Origin: Mobula hypostoma
Taxonomy: Eukaryota
Assembly (NCBI RefSeq): GCF_963921235.1
Contig: NC_086097.1
Location: 34,784,001 to 34,848,000, forward strand
Direction: 5' to 3'
DNA length: 64,000 nt
The position numbers were made by a program, and so were the translations under genes. The notes below the pieces were generated by a model, which ran no database searches, was not told where the DNA came from, and saw only the letters and a list, made by a program, of their open reading frames with translations. Below are positions 1-12,569 of this stretch, in pieces (position 1 is the first letter of the stretch; each line of letters begins with the position of its first letter).

Positions 1-629
1 CACCATTTCAGGGAGGTAGCGGCCCCGCCCCCCCCCCGCAACACCATATTCCCCCCCCCCCACCGCCGCCCCGTCGACCTCCAAGGGTGTATGTAATACT
101 TTGTTTAGTGATTTTGTCTAATCTGTAAACCAAATTGGTTATATGCAGAAAATGTGACACTAAAATATGTACATATATTATATTATATTATCATGTTTAT
201 TCTATTACAACTTTAAGCAAGTCTACAGGGAGTTTGGAGTCATCACGTAGGATATCAATAGAGTAGCTCCTTAGCAGCTAGCCAGCTAGTTTAAATAACA
301 TTAGCTACGCTAATGGACGAATGACACCTGTTAAATTCACCTCAACATGTCTTTTACATTTTAACCCACCATGGGCAATAGAAAAGTCACTGTTGCAAAC
401 AGTGCAGCGAGCAACACTGCCATTATTTTTGAGGTCGACTGTAAAGCCCGCCCACAAAGAAAACTGATAGGTCTACTTAGCACAAAGAGAGACCAATCAG
501 GATGCTCGCTCTCGCTCTCCATCTCAAAAAAATTGATTTGCGGAATATTGTGGATAATTTCCGGGCATCAGGGAGTCACTATCAATATGCGGGAGACTCC
601 CGGAACTTCCCGGAGAGGTGGGATGTCTG
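1..629. mobile_element. Right part of a probable non-autonomous DNA transposon (MITE-like), truncated by the window start
   Basis: Ends in GGGAGACTCCCGGAACTTCCCGGAGAGGTGGGATGTCTG (reverse complement begins CAGACATCCC, TIR-like). It abuts a CR1 3' segment abruptly. The other end is outside the window. Confidence 0.45.
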
Positions 630-881
630 GAGATGTCAGGGGTAAGTTTTTCCACACAGAGAGTGGTGGATGCATGGAATGCACTGCTGGCGGTGGTGGT
701 GGAAATAGATACAATAGGGTCTTGTAAGTGCCTCTTAGATAGGTAGATGGAGCTTAGAAAAGAAGAGGGCTATGCACTATGGAAATTCTAGGCAGTCTCT
801 AGAGTAGATTGCATGGTCAGCACAACTTCGCATTTGCCAAAGGGCCTGTAATGTGCTGTAAATTGCTATGTTCTATGTTTA
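630..881 (+). mobile_element. CR1-clade LINE 3' end
   Basis: Encodes DVRGKFFHTE..., homologous to the C-terminus of ORF 37366-38052. Ends in a ctatgttctatg tail. Confidence 0.85.
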
Positions 882-1149
882 TGTTAACCTCTTCATTCCC
901 GGAATCATCCTTGTGAACCTCCTCTGGACTCTCTCCAATGACAATACATTCTTTCTGAGTTACGAGGCCCAAAACTGTTAACAGTGCTCCAAGTGCGGCC
1001 TGACTAGAATCTCATAAAGGCTCAGCATTATCTCCTTGCTTTTATATTCTACTCCCCTTGAAATAAATGCCAACATTGCATTTGCCTTCTTTACCACAGA
1101 CTCAACCTGTAAATTAACCTTCTGGGAGTCTTGCACAAGGACTCCTAGG
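882..1149 (-). mobile_element. CR1 LINE ORF2 fragment
   Basis: ORF 978-1241 contains VKKANAMLAFISRGVEYKSKEIMLSLYEILVRPHLEHC, a typical CR1 post-RT motif. Confidence 0.9.
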
Positions 1150-1261
1150 ACATAAGTGCACTTTGATAATAAATTTACTTTGAATTTTGAATATTGCCAG
1201 TGTTTTATTAAGATTATTACATATTCATTTGATACAATCAAGATAACTTTACATGACCAAG

Positions 1262-1501
1262 TCAGTGTGAACTATTTACAACATACAACTGGAAATTTAC
1301 TTACATCTTCTATCTTTAAATATGCACACAAAACTTTCTTCCAAGAAAGCCCAAAATAATCCTTTATTTTCTTGGCCAAATCAGAGTGATCTATTTACAA
1401 CATACAACAAGAACTTTACTTACATCTTCCATCTTTAAGTGTGCACACAGAGTGTTCTTCCATGAAAGCCTATAATAACCCATTATTCTTTTGTCCTAAT
1501 C
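1262..1501. repeat. Diverged tandem duplication, two units of about 119 bp
   Basis: Units start at 1262 and 1381 and share ctatttacaacatacaac, tttacttacatcttc, gcacaca and gaaagcc. Confidence 0.85.
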
Positions 1502-2169
1502 TTGGAAGAATTTTTGGATCACTGATTCTTGAAACTGTAATATATTGCATTAGATATGCAGTACGGAAAGTGTCAAAAAAAAGGGCTGCAGAAACATATA
1601 ATGATGGTGTCTGATTATGCTCTACCATACAATTCATTTTAACTCCTCATACCTTTTAAGACCCCAGTGTAATCATCCTTAGCTGTCTTCTTGCAGTGAG
1701 GATGCTGGAAACATGTTACATCATGTTGCAACCTGTTGCTTTATGGAGGGGAGAGCAGAAAAAAGGTTTCAGATTAGAGAAGGCACCAAACTCCGGAATA
1801 GTGTCACGTTAATCGCTATGCTACCATGCCACCCAATGAGTTGAATGGCCTCTTTCTGTGCATAGGAAAGCATGAAATATGAGAAATAGAAACCTCAGAT
1901 TTTTAGAATAGTATCTAATAGAACAGAAACAAAATTAGCCAGACTAATTTTAGTGATGAGTAATAAACTGGACTGAATTATCAACTTGACTTTAATAGAA
2001 TATATAACAAAGAGAATAGTTCAATTTTTAAAAAAATCTGTAAAATGATAATTGATATTAGTTTTGAGTGGGAAAGTCAGAGTCTTAAACTTTTGTCAGC
2101 AGAGTTCAGAGTTGAAAAACAAATTGATGCAGTAAACTGATCAGGCTCTTCGGAATAAACCAATGAAGG

Positions 2170-2333
2170 AGATACAAGATCTTGTAATCTGGAGCAACAT
2201 ACTCTGCTGGAGGAACTCAATGGATTAAGCAGAATGTGATGCAGAGTTTCAAACTGAAATGTCTACCGTTCTTTTCCTCCACACAGATGCTGCTTGATTT
2301 GCTGAGTTTCTTCAGCCGATTGTTTGATGCTCA
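2170..2333. mobile_element. Old fold-back Penelope-like terminal-repeat remnant
   Basis: The left arm ctgctggaggaactca and the right arm tgagtttcttcagc are inverted. The centre, tgatgcagagtttcaaactgaaatgtc, is a decayed hammerhead-like motif. Confidence 0.6.
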
Positions 2334-2534
2334 AGAAGCAGTGAAGGACTTGATAGCATAGAAAGCTGGTAAATATGTCTAAAGGATTAATACTCCACTT
2401 GTGTAGTAAAATACCATTTGTCGAAACAGGCGGTAAGAGACAGCAGCAAACTTCCTGAAAAGGGAAATGAATGGGCTAATATATAAAAAAAGATTTTTAA
2501 ATAATTCTTCACAATTTAATCTTCAAGAAGAAAG

Positions 2535-3330
2535 TGTAAGGCATCTAATTCTTGGTCTTTTCCACATTTATCAAGATCACGGCTGATCTTCTTCAGTACC
2601 ATTTTCCTGCACTGTCCCCATAGCCCTTAATCTCTTTCATAATATGAAATATATCCATTTCCATTCTGAATGAACTCAGTGAATTGAACCTCCACCTTCT
2701 TATACGAGTTGGAAATTTCCAAGGGATCGCCACCTTCAGAGTGAAGAAATTTCACTTCATCCAAGTTCAAACGAGCCCATAACATCCCTGCGAAAGGTCA
2801 GGGAAAACATACTCTGTGCATCCACCCTGTTGAGCCCTCATGAATGATGTGAATTTCAATAAGAACATTTATCATCCTCTGAAAATCTAGAAACTACAAG
2901 CCTAGTCAATTCAACCTCTCCTTGTATAGCAAACCAGCCATCCCAGGAACCAATCTACTGAAATGTTGCTGCACTCTGACATTAACAAGTAGATAGATTG
3001 TATTTATGTAAGGAGACCAAAACTGTACTCAATAATAGTCTGAGCATGCTATCACCATGGCCCACATAATTAAAGTAAGGCCCTTTACACCTAATTTTCA
3101 CATGTTCCCATTAACAGAGTCCAAGATACTATTTCATGCATCAGCGTGATATCTTTCAGTGCCTTCTAAAGGACACCGAGGTTACATTGAATAACTACTC
3201 ACTTTAGTTTCTTCCCATTTAAAAATAATCTGCTTCTCTGTTCTGTGCCCTGACATGGATGATGTCCCACTTCTCAACAAAATGTTTCACTTGCCACCTC
3301 CATGTTTAACCAAATCTCCTTGAAATCTCT
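2535..3330 (-). mobile_element. Degenerate CR1-type LINE 3' portion
   Basis: Decayed similarity to CR1 copies elsewhere in the window (gatcacggctgatc, gtgaagaaattt, ggagaccaaaactgtac). Confidence 0.6.
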
Positions 3331-3500
3331 TTGCACCCTCCACCCTGCTCCAAGACTAATTTAGTTTCCGATAGCATTCACTTTCGTTCTGCATGCTGTT
3401 GCTTGCTTTTATTGTTTGCACAATTTGTATTTTTTCCCTCTCTGTGCATTGGGTGTTTGTTGGTCTTTTTTTGGGTTTCTTGTTTTGTGGCTGCCTGCAA

Positions 3501-4005
3501 GTCACAGTCATAGTCATAGTCATACTTTATTGATCCCGGGGAAAATTGGTTTTCGTTACAGTTGCACCATAAATAATTAAATAGTAATAAAACCATAAAT
3601 AGTTAAATACTAATATGTAAATTATGCCAGGAAATAAGTCCAGGACCAGCCTATTGGCTCGGGGTGTCTGACCCTCCAAGGGAGGAGTTGTAAAGTTTGA
3701 TGGCCACAGGCAGGAATGACTTCCTATGACGCTCTGCGTTGTATCTCGGAGGAATGAGTCTCTGGCTGAATGTACTCCTGTGCCCACCCAGTACATTATG
3801 TAATGGATGGGAGATATTGTCCAAGATGGCATGCAACTTGGACAGCATCCTCTTTTCAGACAGCACTGTCAGAGAGTCCAGTTCCATCCCCACAACTTCA
3901 CTGGCCTTACGAATGAGTTAGTTGATTCTGTTGGTGTCTGCTACCCTCAGCCTGCTGCCCCAGCACACAGCAGCAAACATGATCGCACTGGCCACCACAG
4001 ACTCG
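3501..4005 (-). mobile_element. Rex1/Babar-type LINE 3' fragment nested in another LINE tail (about 3370-3500 and 4006-4070)
   Basis: ORF 3651-3893 reads ...LHAILDNISHPLH...RHRKSFLPVAIKLYNSS and there is a (gtcata)n tail. The host sequence gctgcctgcaag|gagacaaatctcaagg rejoins across it. Confidence 0.8.
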
Positions 4006-4489
4006 AAGGAGACAAATCTCAAGGTTGTATAACGTACACATACCTTGATAATAAAAGTACTTTGAACTATCATAGACTGGGGAAAACTGGGACCCATGTA
4101 CTGACCATCTGTGTTACCTTACTAGTCACATTCAGCCAATTGGTAAAATACCATCCCCCTCCCTGTTTTCTATTTCTAACCAGATTTCAATCTATTCTCA
4201 TTAACTCCTATGTCATGTGTTTTAATTTTGCTGATGAACTTTTTGTATACACCTTATCAAAATTCCCCTGAAAAGCTAAATTTATGAAATCTACTGGTAA
4301 TGCTTTTGCTATTTAACCAGTCACATCCTCAAAAAACTCCAAAAATGATGCTAGGGGGCCAATTTTGCACACTGCTCTTGCAGCATCAAATAATTTTTAG
4401 CCAAATTTAAGAGTAATTCCATTTCTAGTCCTATGTTCCACCAACTAAAAAGCTGTGTTTTATTTTCATCAAGTTTGTTTCAGGGTAAA

Positions 4490-4818
4490 TTTTAATTTTT
4501 TTTACCAAAATATACTTTATTCAAAAATAAAATTATGTACAATAAACCATTCAATGTCTGTCAATCCTTTACAGATGTTTCCATTACGGTCTATACATTT
4601 CCACACTTTTAGCCAGCCACGTGGCACTCTGTTGTTTCACCTTTCCACACCATTGTTGAGGGGTACACTCCCCACCACCCGACCCCCCCACTCCCACGGG
4701 AGAAGAACCCTAAACTGTGGTCCTTCCCTACCGGGCCCTTGTGGTGGCTGCACCAAGTTTCAGCGCGTCCCTCAGCGCGTACTCCTGCAGCATTCTCCCA
4801 CGGACATCTCCATATGCT
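4490..4818 (-). mobile_element. Tx1/L1-clade LINE 3' end
   Basis: The minus strand reads LQEYALRDALKLGAATTRAR*GRTTV*, followed by AATAAA and an A-rich tail. Confidence 0.65.
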
Positions 4819-6639
4819 GGTAGACCATCAAGTTTCGGGCCCTTGGATGGGAAATCTGAACCGGTTTACGAAACTTGTTTTGCATCTCAGATTCCTTCCT
4901 ACACCAAAACTGGTTCACATCAGACTTACAACAATTAGACAAAACCACATAATGATTTTGTTTCCACCCTCAATCATACGTTATTCATACTGCTGATTGA
5001 ATGTGGTACTGATTAAGATTTGAAAAATTGACTTTCAGCAACTTTTCTCACCTGATTCTGAATCAGACTGTAATCTTGTAGACCTGCTAATGAGACATTT
5101 CTAAGGAACAGAATGATTTTATCCTTTAAAAACTAATTCACTTTGAGAATTTTGAGCATTTTTTTCCCTTAGACCAATGACATGTCAATGAGCTGATTAA
5201 TATTACAACTTTTTTACTGTGCCAATTTTACAGGGACAGACACACCTAAATTGAGAATGCATGGTATGTTTTCAAGTGTCATTCCTGATGAAGGTGGTAT
5301 GTAGATAATTAGCTCTGTAAGAGCGTCAGACTTCACAGCCAAAGTGGAGATCAGAATTCATGATATGTGAGCAGCGGTCAGACACATCTCAGCTCTATAT
5401 TCTTGGCTAATGAGGACATGTGTCATGCTTGGCCAACACAGTGGATAATATTTGTTGTGGGATAAACAGGATGTATTAAGGTACAATTTGGAGTTGAGAC
5501 CTCAATCTTAGATTCTGTAACTCTTGCTTCAAAATATTTTAAGCTCAGAAATCTCTTTTTATTATTAAATATTTGCACTGTCTATGAATGCAGCAAAGAA
5601 CTGTCACCTCATACACCTACATTTTTGTTAAACTACATGTACAGTTTAATGTAATTTTTCTCCTTGTTAAGGAAAAAATCAGAGTAAAAGAGAAAAGAAA
5701 TATTCTATTGATTTGCTCTGTATATAAAAAAGAGAAGTGTGAATCTGTTTTTTTTAAATTTAAAAGTTATCCAAAATTTCAATATGTAAAATATATCATT
5801 TAGTCTGTAAGTGAGGGTAACGGATAAAGCACCTCATTCCAATCCTAATTTATCTGACAACCTCAGCGACTGGCACTACAGTGGGTCCCTCACCTCCTGA
5901 GTTAGGAGGGAAAACTATCCTGTTAGAAAGCTAAAACAGCATGGATTAAATATGACTCTGAAGTCAGGTTTATACACTTGAAATGTCTCATCAAAACAAT
6001 AGATGGCCATAAGCACCCGGGAATTGCTTCCTTCAGGAGAGAGTAAAGAAAGAAAAGGTGAGGGGAAATTTAAAATAAATAATAGCCATTGTTTTTAATA
6101 ATCTGAGGCACACATCAGACTTTTCACAGGTGGTGCTGGAAAGCAAAATGGTGTCTACCCCTGTAAATTAATTCAGTTTCACAAAGGAAAATGTGCAAAT
6201 CCAGTACTGTATTTTTCTCAAAGGATTGGATATGTTAAGAAAAAAGAAATGACTTTCATTACTGTAGTGCCTTGGATGACCTGAGGACATCCCAAAGCAC
6301 ATTACAACAAATTAAGTATGACTGAACCATATGCTGGCGAAAATGCCACGTGAACAATGTTTGGTGCAAGACCATAGGCCTTTTTACATCTGTCCTCTGG
6401 GTTTCATTTTAAAATCTCATCTAGAAAAACTTCATGGATGGAATTAACAATCACTATTTCTCCCCTAGATCTCAAGATGCTGCATAAGACACTGACAGGG
6501 AAAAAATTACCAATTGTTCCACGCAAAAGAAACTAATACCAAATAAGTGTGCCGTGAAACTGATCTAAGCTGTGATTAACTCTCGTACTTCCCATTGAGA
6601 CCCAACCTCGCTGAGTAACTCCTCTCTCCATGGCACTGA

Positions 6640-6963
6640 GGTGCTGACGACAGCCCTGGCTGCTGTGCTCCATGCCTGCTAATATGATGAACTGATAAGT
6701 GAGGCTTTGGGCCTACTCCGGGCTGCTCCAGGGTTTGGAATCGAGGACTCAATTTGGTTCAGATTGTTGCTCGCTTCAGTTGTTTGCATGATTGATTTTT
6801 TTTTCCCTTTTCTCTTACACATCGGGTGTTAGTCTTTTATTATTTATTTTTAATTGGGTTCTTTTGGGATTCTTGCTTTGTAGCTACCTGTAAGTAAACC
6901 AATCTCAAGGTTGTGTAATTTGTACATTCTTTGATAATAAATGTACCTTGAATCTTTGAAATC
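6640..6963 (+). mobile_element. LINE 3' UTR (Rex/L2-type)
   Basis: Tail aatctcaaggttg...tttgataataaatgtaccttgaatctttgaa is shared with copies near 4010 and 35200. Confidence 0.65.
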
Positions 6964-7397
6964 AAGGATTTCACATTCATATTTTGGTATTACTGGTCTC
7001 TAACTTTATCAAGTTTAGATTGTTCAACCAAATCATCTTGAAGACAGGCCCTCTTTTCACTTGACTACATGTACAGGACTATGATGCGAAGCAGAAGCCC
7101 TAACCATAGAATTGTAAAGATTAAAGCACAGAAAGAGGTACAGCCAATTGCACCTATGTCAACACTGAGGTTAGTTTTAATTTACTTTAAAAACATCCTG
7201 ACCGAAAACCAGTCAGTGTGGCCATTGTGATCACACTGATAACTTGACTCAAACTCTCCAATCTGCCTATGCCGGGATCACTATACATGTTATCAAACTA
7301 CAAGTTTATTATAACACAGGGTCAGTTAAAGACAAGAAAGACCTTGTACTTCACCTTATATTTCAGGAGATTCAAAGTCCTTTACAGCCAGACAAAT

Positions 7398-7522
7398 CAT
7401 AAACAAGAGAAATCTGCAGATGCTGGAAATCCAAGCAACACACACACACACACAAAATGCTGGAGGAACTCAGCAGGCCAGGCAGCATTGATGGAAAAGA
7501 GTACACAGTCGATGTTTCAGGC
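7398..7522 (-). mobile_element. Penelope-like terminal-repeat fragment
   Basis: tgcagatgctggaaatccaagcaacacac...gctggaggaactcagcaggcc...cagtcgatgtttcaggc. Same family as 22206-22820. Confidence 0.8.
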
Positions 7523-7576
7523 AAATATTGCTTCTGACCATTATCTGATGCAATCTGCAAGACAGCATGATTACAG

Positions 7577-7925
7577 AGTCATAGAGTATTACAACTCAGA
7601 AACAGGCCTTTCAGTCCATCAAGTCCAAGCCGAACTATTATTCTGTGTAGTTTCATCAATCCATACCCTTCCTATCCACGTATTTATCCAAACTCCTCTC
7701 AAGTGTTGAAATCGAATCTGCATCCATCACTTCTGCTGGCAGCTCTTTTGACACACGCACCCACCCTCTGAGTGAAGAAGCTCCCCTTAAACATTTCACT
7801 TTTCACCCTTAACTCAAGCCCTCTAGTCCCAGTCCCACCCAACCTCAGTGGAAACAGACTGCTTGCATTTACTCTAATTTTGTATACCTCTATCAAATCT
7901 CCCCTCATTCTCCTCTGCTCCAGAA
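7577..7925 (-). mobile_element. CR1 LINE 3' end
   Basis: ORF 7699-7995 contains LEQRRMRGDLIEVYKI...FFTQRV. Confidence 0.85.
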
Positions 7926-8182
7926 AAATTATGCAAAAAAATTCTGCTTCCAAGTAAACAAACTGGAAATGCTTACAAAGTAGATACGCATGCAAGGAGC
8001 AGACTTAAGGTTAGTACGGGAAGACAAATTTACTTCTCGATTAAGAAAAGCTTTTTTCTCCTGGTATTTCATCCAACAATTTTAAAATAGGGAAAACACA
8101 ATCTGTAAGACTGAAGTAGAGGTAATGTTGCTAATAAAGCTTCAGGAAGACAAGTAATTAAAAAAAAATCAAAGACCTCTCT

Positions 8183-8293
8183 CACACACGAGGAATTCTG
8201 CAGATGCTGGAAATTCAGGCAACACACATCAAAGTTGCTTGTGAAAGCAGCAGGCCAGGCAGCATCTCTAGGAAGAGGTACAGTTGACATTTC
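8183..8293 (-). mobile_element. Penelope-like terminal-repeat fragment
   Basis: Close match to 51481-51614. It ends at cagttgacatttc (reverse complement GAAATGTCAACTG). Confidence 0.8.
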
Positions 8294-8439
8294 TCTCTCT
8301 CTCTGTGAAAGACCTCTCTCTGTGGTTTAGGGAGTAAATCCCATGAAGAGCTCAATTTCTTGTTGGACACGCTTGCCAACCTGAACAGATTCAGCATGCA
8401 TCAAGTTGGCTATCTCAGCAGACATATGTTCTTTTTCTA

Positions 8440-9180
8440 CATAGGAATTAAGCAAAAAGGAGCTGGAGGTGTATACTCTGCACTTCAACAAGACCATGGC
8501 TCATCATTTACCTCAAGCATCATTTTCCTGCCTTTCCTTCTATCTTATAATCCGTTTTGCATCTGGAAATCTACCAGTCCGTTTTGAATGCCGTCAGTGA
8601 CTGAACCTACCATAGCTCTCTGGGCGGAGAATTTGAAAACCTCACCATAATTATTATCCACCATTATTTCAGTTCTATGTGGTCCGAGATAGTGTTGCCC
8701 TGGTTCTAGACATCACAGCAGGGAAATTATCCTCTGTGTACCAATCCTATCAATTTCTGTAGGAATTTTGTAAGTTTTAATGGTATCCTTTCTCATACGT
8801 TTAAATTTTAAAGAACACAGTCAAGTCTACCCAATCTCTTCTCAAAGAAACAGACCTGTCATTCCAATAACTAATCTGGTGTATATTCATTGCAATCCCT
8901 TCAATCATTGTATCCCTTTTTTTTAAGGCAAGGATTTCAAAATTGTACACAATACTCCAGATACTCACACCTGTGCTTTTGTACTGAATCCTCCTGGGAT
9001 AAAAGCTGATGTCTCACTATTGTAACTGCATGTTAGCTTTCATTAGTTTGTGTGCAAAATATCCAGCCCCTTAAAACATGACTATTTCCAAACCACTCAA
9101 CATTTAAGAAATGCTCAGCATTTCTGTTTTTCCTTCTGATGAATAAAGCTCACAGTTTTCCACATCATATTCTATTTTGT
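8440..9180 (-). mobile_element. Degenerate CR1-type LINE
   Basis: Decayed CR1 3' motifs (gaccatggct, ccctggttctagac, aattgtacacaatactccag). Confidence 0.55.
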
Positions 9181-9380
9181 AAACTCAGCTGGTTTGCTCT
9201 CACTGTTGCCATCAGGAAGAAGGTACAGGAGCCTCAAGATTCACACCACCAGGTTCGGGAATAGTTATTGTACCCTTAACCATTCTGCTTTTGAACTAGA
9301 GAGGTAATTTCACTTGCCCCATCACTGAACCTATGCACTCACTTTGAAGGACTCTATCTCCATTTCTTTTTTTGCCTGTC

Positions 9381-10350
9381 CATAAGACATAAGACATGGG
9401 AGCAGAATTAGGCCATTCAGCCCATCGAGTCTGCTCCGCCATTCCATCATGGCTGATCCCAGATCCCACTTAACCCCATGTACCTGCCTTCTCACCATAT
9501 CCTTTGATACCCTGACCGATCTTCTGCCTTAAATATACCCATGGACTTGGCCTCCACTGCAGTCTGTGGCAGAGCATTCCACAGATTCACTGCTCTCTTT
9601 CTAAAAAAAATTCATCCTTCTCTCTGTTCTAAAAGGTTACTCCTCAGTTTTGAAGCTGTGCCCTCTAGTTCTGGATACCTCCTCCATAGGAAACATCCTC
9701 TCCACATCTAGTCCTTTCAACATTCAGTGGGTTTCAGTAAGATCCCCCACCCACCCCCGCATTCTTCTAAATTCCAGTGAGTACAGGCCCAAAGCTGCCA
9801 AATGCTCCTCATATGTTAACCCCTTCATTCCCAGAATCATCCTTGTGCAACTCCTCTGGACTCTCCCCAATGACAATACATCCTTTCTGAGATACTCCTA
9901 AATTGACATTGTACCCGTGAATACTACCTCACTTTTTAAATATTTATTATTTCAGTTCTAATCTATTCAGTATACATATACTGTAATTGATTTACTTATT
10001 ATTATTATATTTCTTCTTCTATATTATGTATTGCATTGAACTGCTGCTAATTTAACAAATTTCATGACACATGCTGGTGATAATAAACTTGATTCTGAAT
10101 GAAAACTGTTAACAATACTCCAAGTGCAGCCCGACTAGTGTCTTATAAAGGCTCAGCATTATCTCCTTGTTTTTATACTCTATTCCCTTAGAAATAAATG
10201 CCAACATTTCATTTGCCTTCTTTACCACAGACTCAACCTGTAAATTAGCCTTCTGGGAGTCTTGCACAAGGATGCCTAAGTCCCTCTGCATCTCTGATGT
10301 TTGAACCTTCTCCCCATTCAGATAACAGTCTGCACTATTGTTCCCTTTAT
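9381..10350 (-). mobile_element. CR1 LINE 3' portion interrupted by a Rex/L2-type tail (about 9895-10099, +)
   Basis: (cataaga)n tail at 9381. ORF 10109-10291 reads QRDLGILVQDSQK...HLEYC. The CR1 sequence resumes after ...ataataaacttgattctga. Confidence 0.85.
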
Positions 10351-11199
10351 TGTCTTCTCTACATATTGAATACTATTGGATGTTTAGTTCCTATCCATAA
10401 TTTCTATCCAGTCACATTTCCATAATCTTGATTGTATCATGCTCCTTTACATTTATTTGTAGGATTAATTCACCCATTTTATTGTGAATGTTCCAAACAT
10501 TAAGACACAAAGCCTTTTAAGCTGGTCATTTCTCAAGTCTTCTTGGCGTTATTTTGCACCGTGGCTCTGTTTGTTTTTCATCCTTGATTTCTCAGCTGTC
10601 TAATCTGTTTTCCACCTCCCTTTTCTTGTTTCCCTCCTTATTTCCCCTTCCTCTGTCTCCCAGCTGCAAACACACAATCAAACATTTCCCCAGGATATTG
10701 GTCATAGATCTGTTTATGTGCAGTCTGCCTAACTACCCTAGAATTGGTTCCAATGACCCAGGCATTTAAATCCTTAACACCATTCCTCTAGCCAGGTAAT
10801 CATCTGACAGATCCTGCTGTTTTTACTTTGACTAAAATGTGGCGCTCTAATCCTGAGATTATTCCCCAGCTGTACTATCTTTTATTCTGGAAATTTGTCA
10901 ACATCTGCAGATGTGCCTGTCTCTTCCCCTTACAATTGAATACTCTAACATTATAGCCCTCCCCTTTTGTTCCTCCTTTCTGTGCAGCAAGGCCACTTGT
11001 GGTGCCACAAACATGGCTGCTGTTGCCTTCCTCTGATGGGCCATCTCCCTCAATGTTATCTGAGAGACAGGAATTGCAGATCCCTGTATTATTTGGCTTT
11101 TTCTACTGTGCCTGATGGTCACTCATTTCAGATATGGATAAGTCGAGGATCTAAAGTGCAGACAATAAAATCTGAGTGGTGGAAAATTCTTTGGAAGCA

Positions 11200-12335
11200 T
11201 TGATCCAGCATTGACTATCCATTAATAGTCACTCATAGGCAATAAGGCAAATAAGGCAAGTCAATATGGATTTGTTGGGAGTATATTGTGTTTAATTAAT
11301 TTAATGTAGCATTTTGATTAGGTAATGGTTTTACAGACCCCTAGAAGTCTTTTAATTTACTGACTTTTAGGCTTTTATCAGTTAAATTGAAGCGTGTGAC
11401 ATAAAAGGGACATCGACAACCGTAAAACAAGATACAGACAGACAGACACTTATGCAGTTGGCTCAGAAACAAGCAACAGCTGTGCTGCTGTTATTTTCTG
11501 AGTGGAAGAAGGTGAGCAGAGACATTCTTTAGGCTCAGTGCTGGGGCCATATTTAATAGTCAGGACAAGGGGAATGCAAGTCATAGTTTCTAAATTTGTC
11601 AATAACACTAAACCCAGTAGTACTGTGATCCACAAGGAGGATAATATATTTGTCAGGATATAAACAGGCTAGTGGAATACACAGTATGATGGGGGAGGAT
11701 TAATATAGAGATGCAAGGTGATGCATTTTGATAGGAAAAGTCCAGAGAAGCAATGTAGAAATATCATTCTAAAATGGACCCAGGAGCAGAGGGAACTAGG
11801 GATATGAATCTACAAATAATTGTAAATAGTAAAGTAGGTTGTGAAATGATTAATGAGGCTTTAATAACAGAGTTGTATACCCTGTAGTATAAAAGCAGGG
11901 AAGTTACGCTGAATCTTTATAAAGCACTGGACTACTGCAAGTGGAGTACTGTGTTAAAATCTAGATTGCACTTTACAAGAAGGGTATGAAAACATTAGAT
12001 ATGGTCCAGCAAAATATGTACTAGAGCATGAGAAGATGGAATGCAGTTACAACGATTCAATCGGTGGCCTGTGACTGTTTCCTTTGGAGAGAAGACTTTA
12101 GGTCAAGGACTAAATAAACGTCACAGGCATAAAGGGAAAGACAACTAAAATATCAGGAAGAAAAATACATTTTTTCTTAATAAAAGTGGGTAGTTGTAAT
12201 CTGGAAGGCTCAGCCTGCAGATATGGTGAAACCAGTCTCTTCAGGAGGGAATTGGATGAAGATGTAAAACAAAAATTGCGGAGTTACGGATGTGGGGCTG
12301 ATGGGTGGAATTGGAGAGTTGCCCAAATGGCTTTC
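11200..12335 (+). mobile_element. Old degenerate CR1 LINE (RT to 3' end)
   Basis: Remnants of QGSVLGP (ggctcagtgctggggcca) and YKSREVTLNLYKAL-like segments with many stops. Confidence 0.65.
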
Positions 12336-12569
12336 TTCTCTGCCGTAACCGTTTCTGTGACGGCATTTCTCACAGTGAAGCCCTTCTCCCTCATCGCCAG
12401 GCTGAAATATACAACCTCGACTTTCGCATTCAAATTTCTGGACAGCGACTTGGTTGTAAAACTCACAGGCGAACGCAAAATAAACACGTATGCAAAAACA
12501 AAAGTCAAATTTGACATACACATTAAAATGCAAATCAGCTGTAGATAATGGTACTAGTATTTTGATCCC

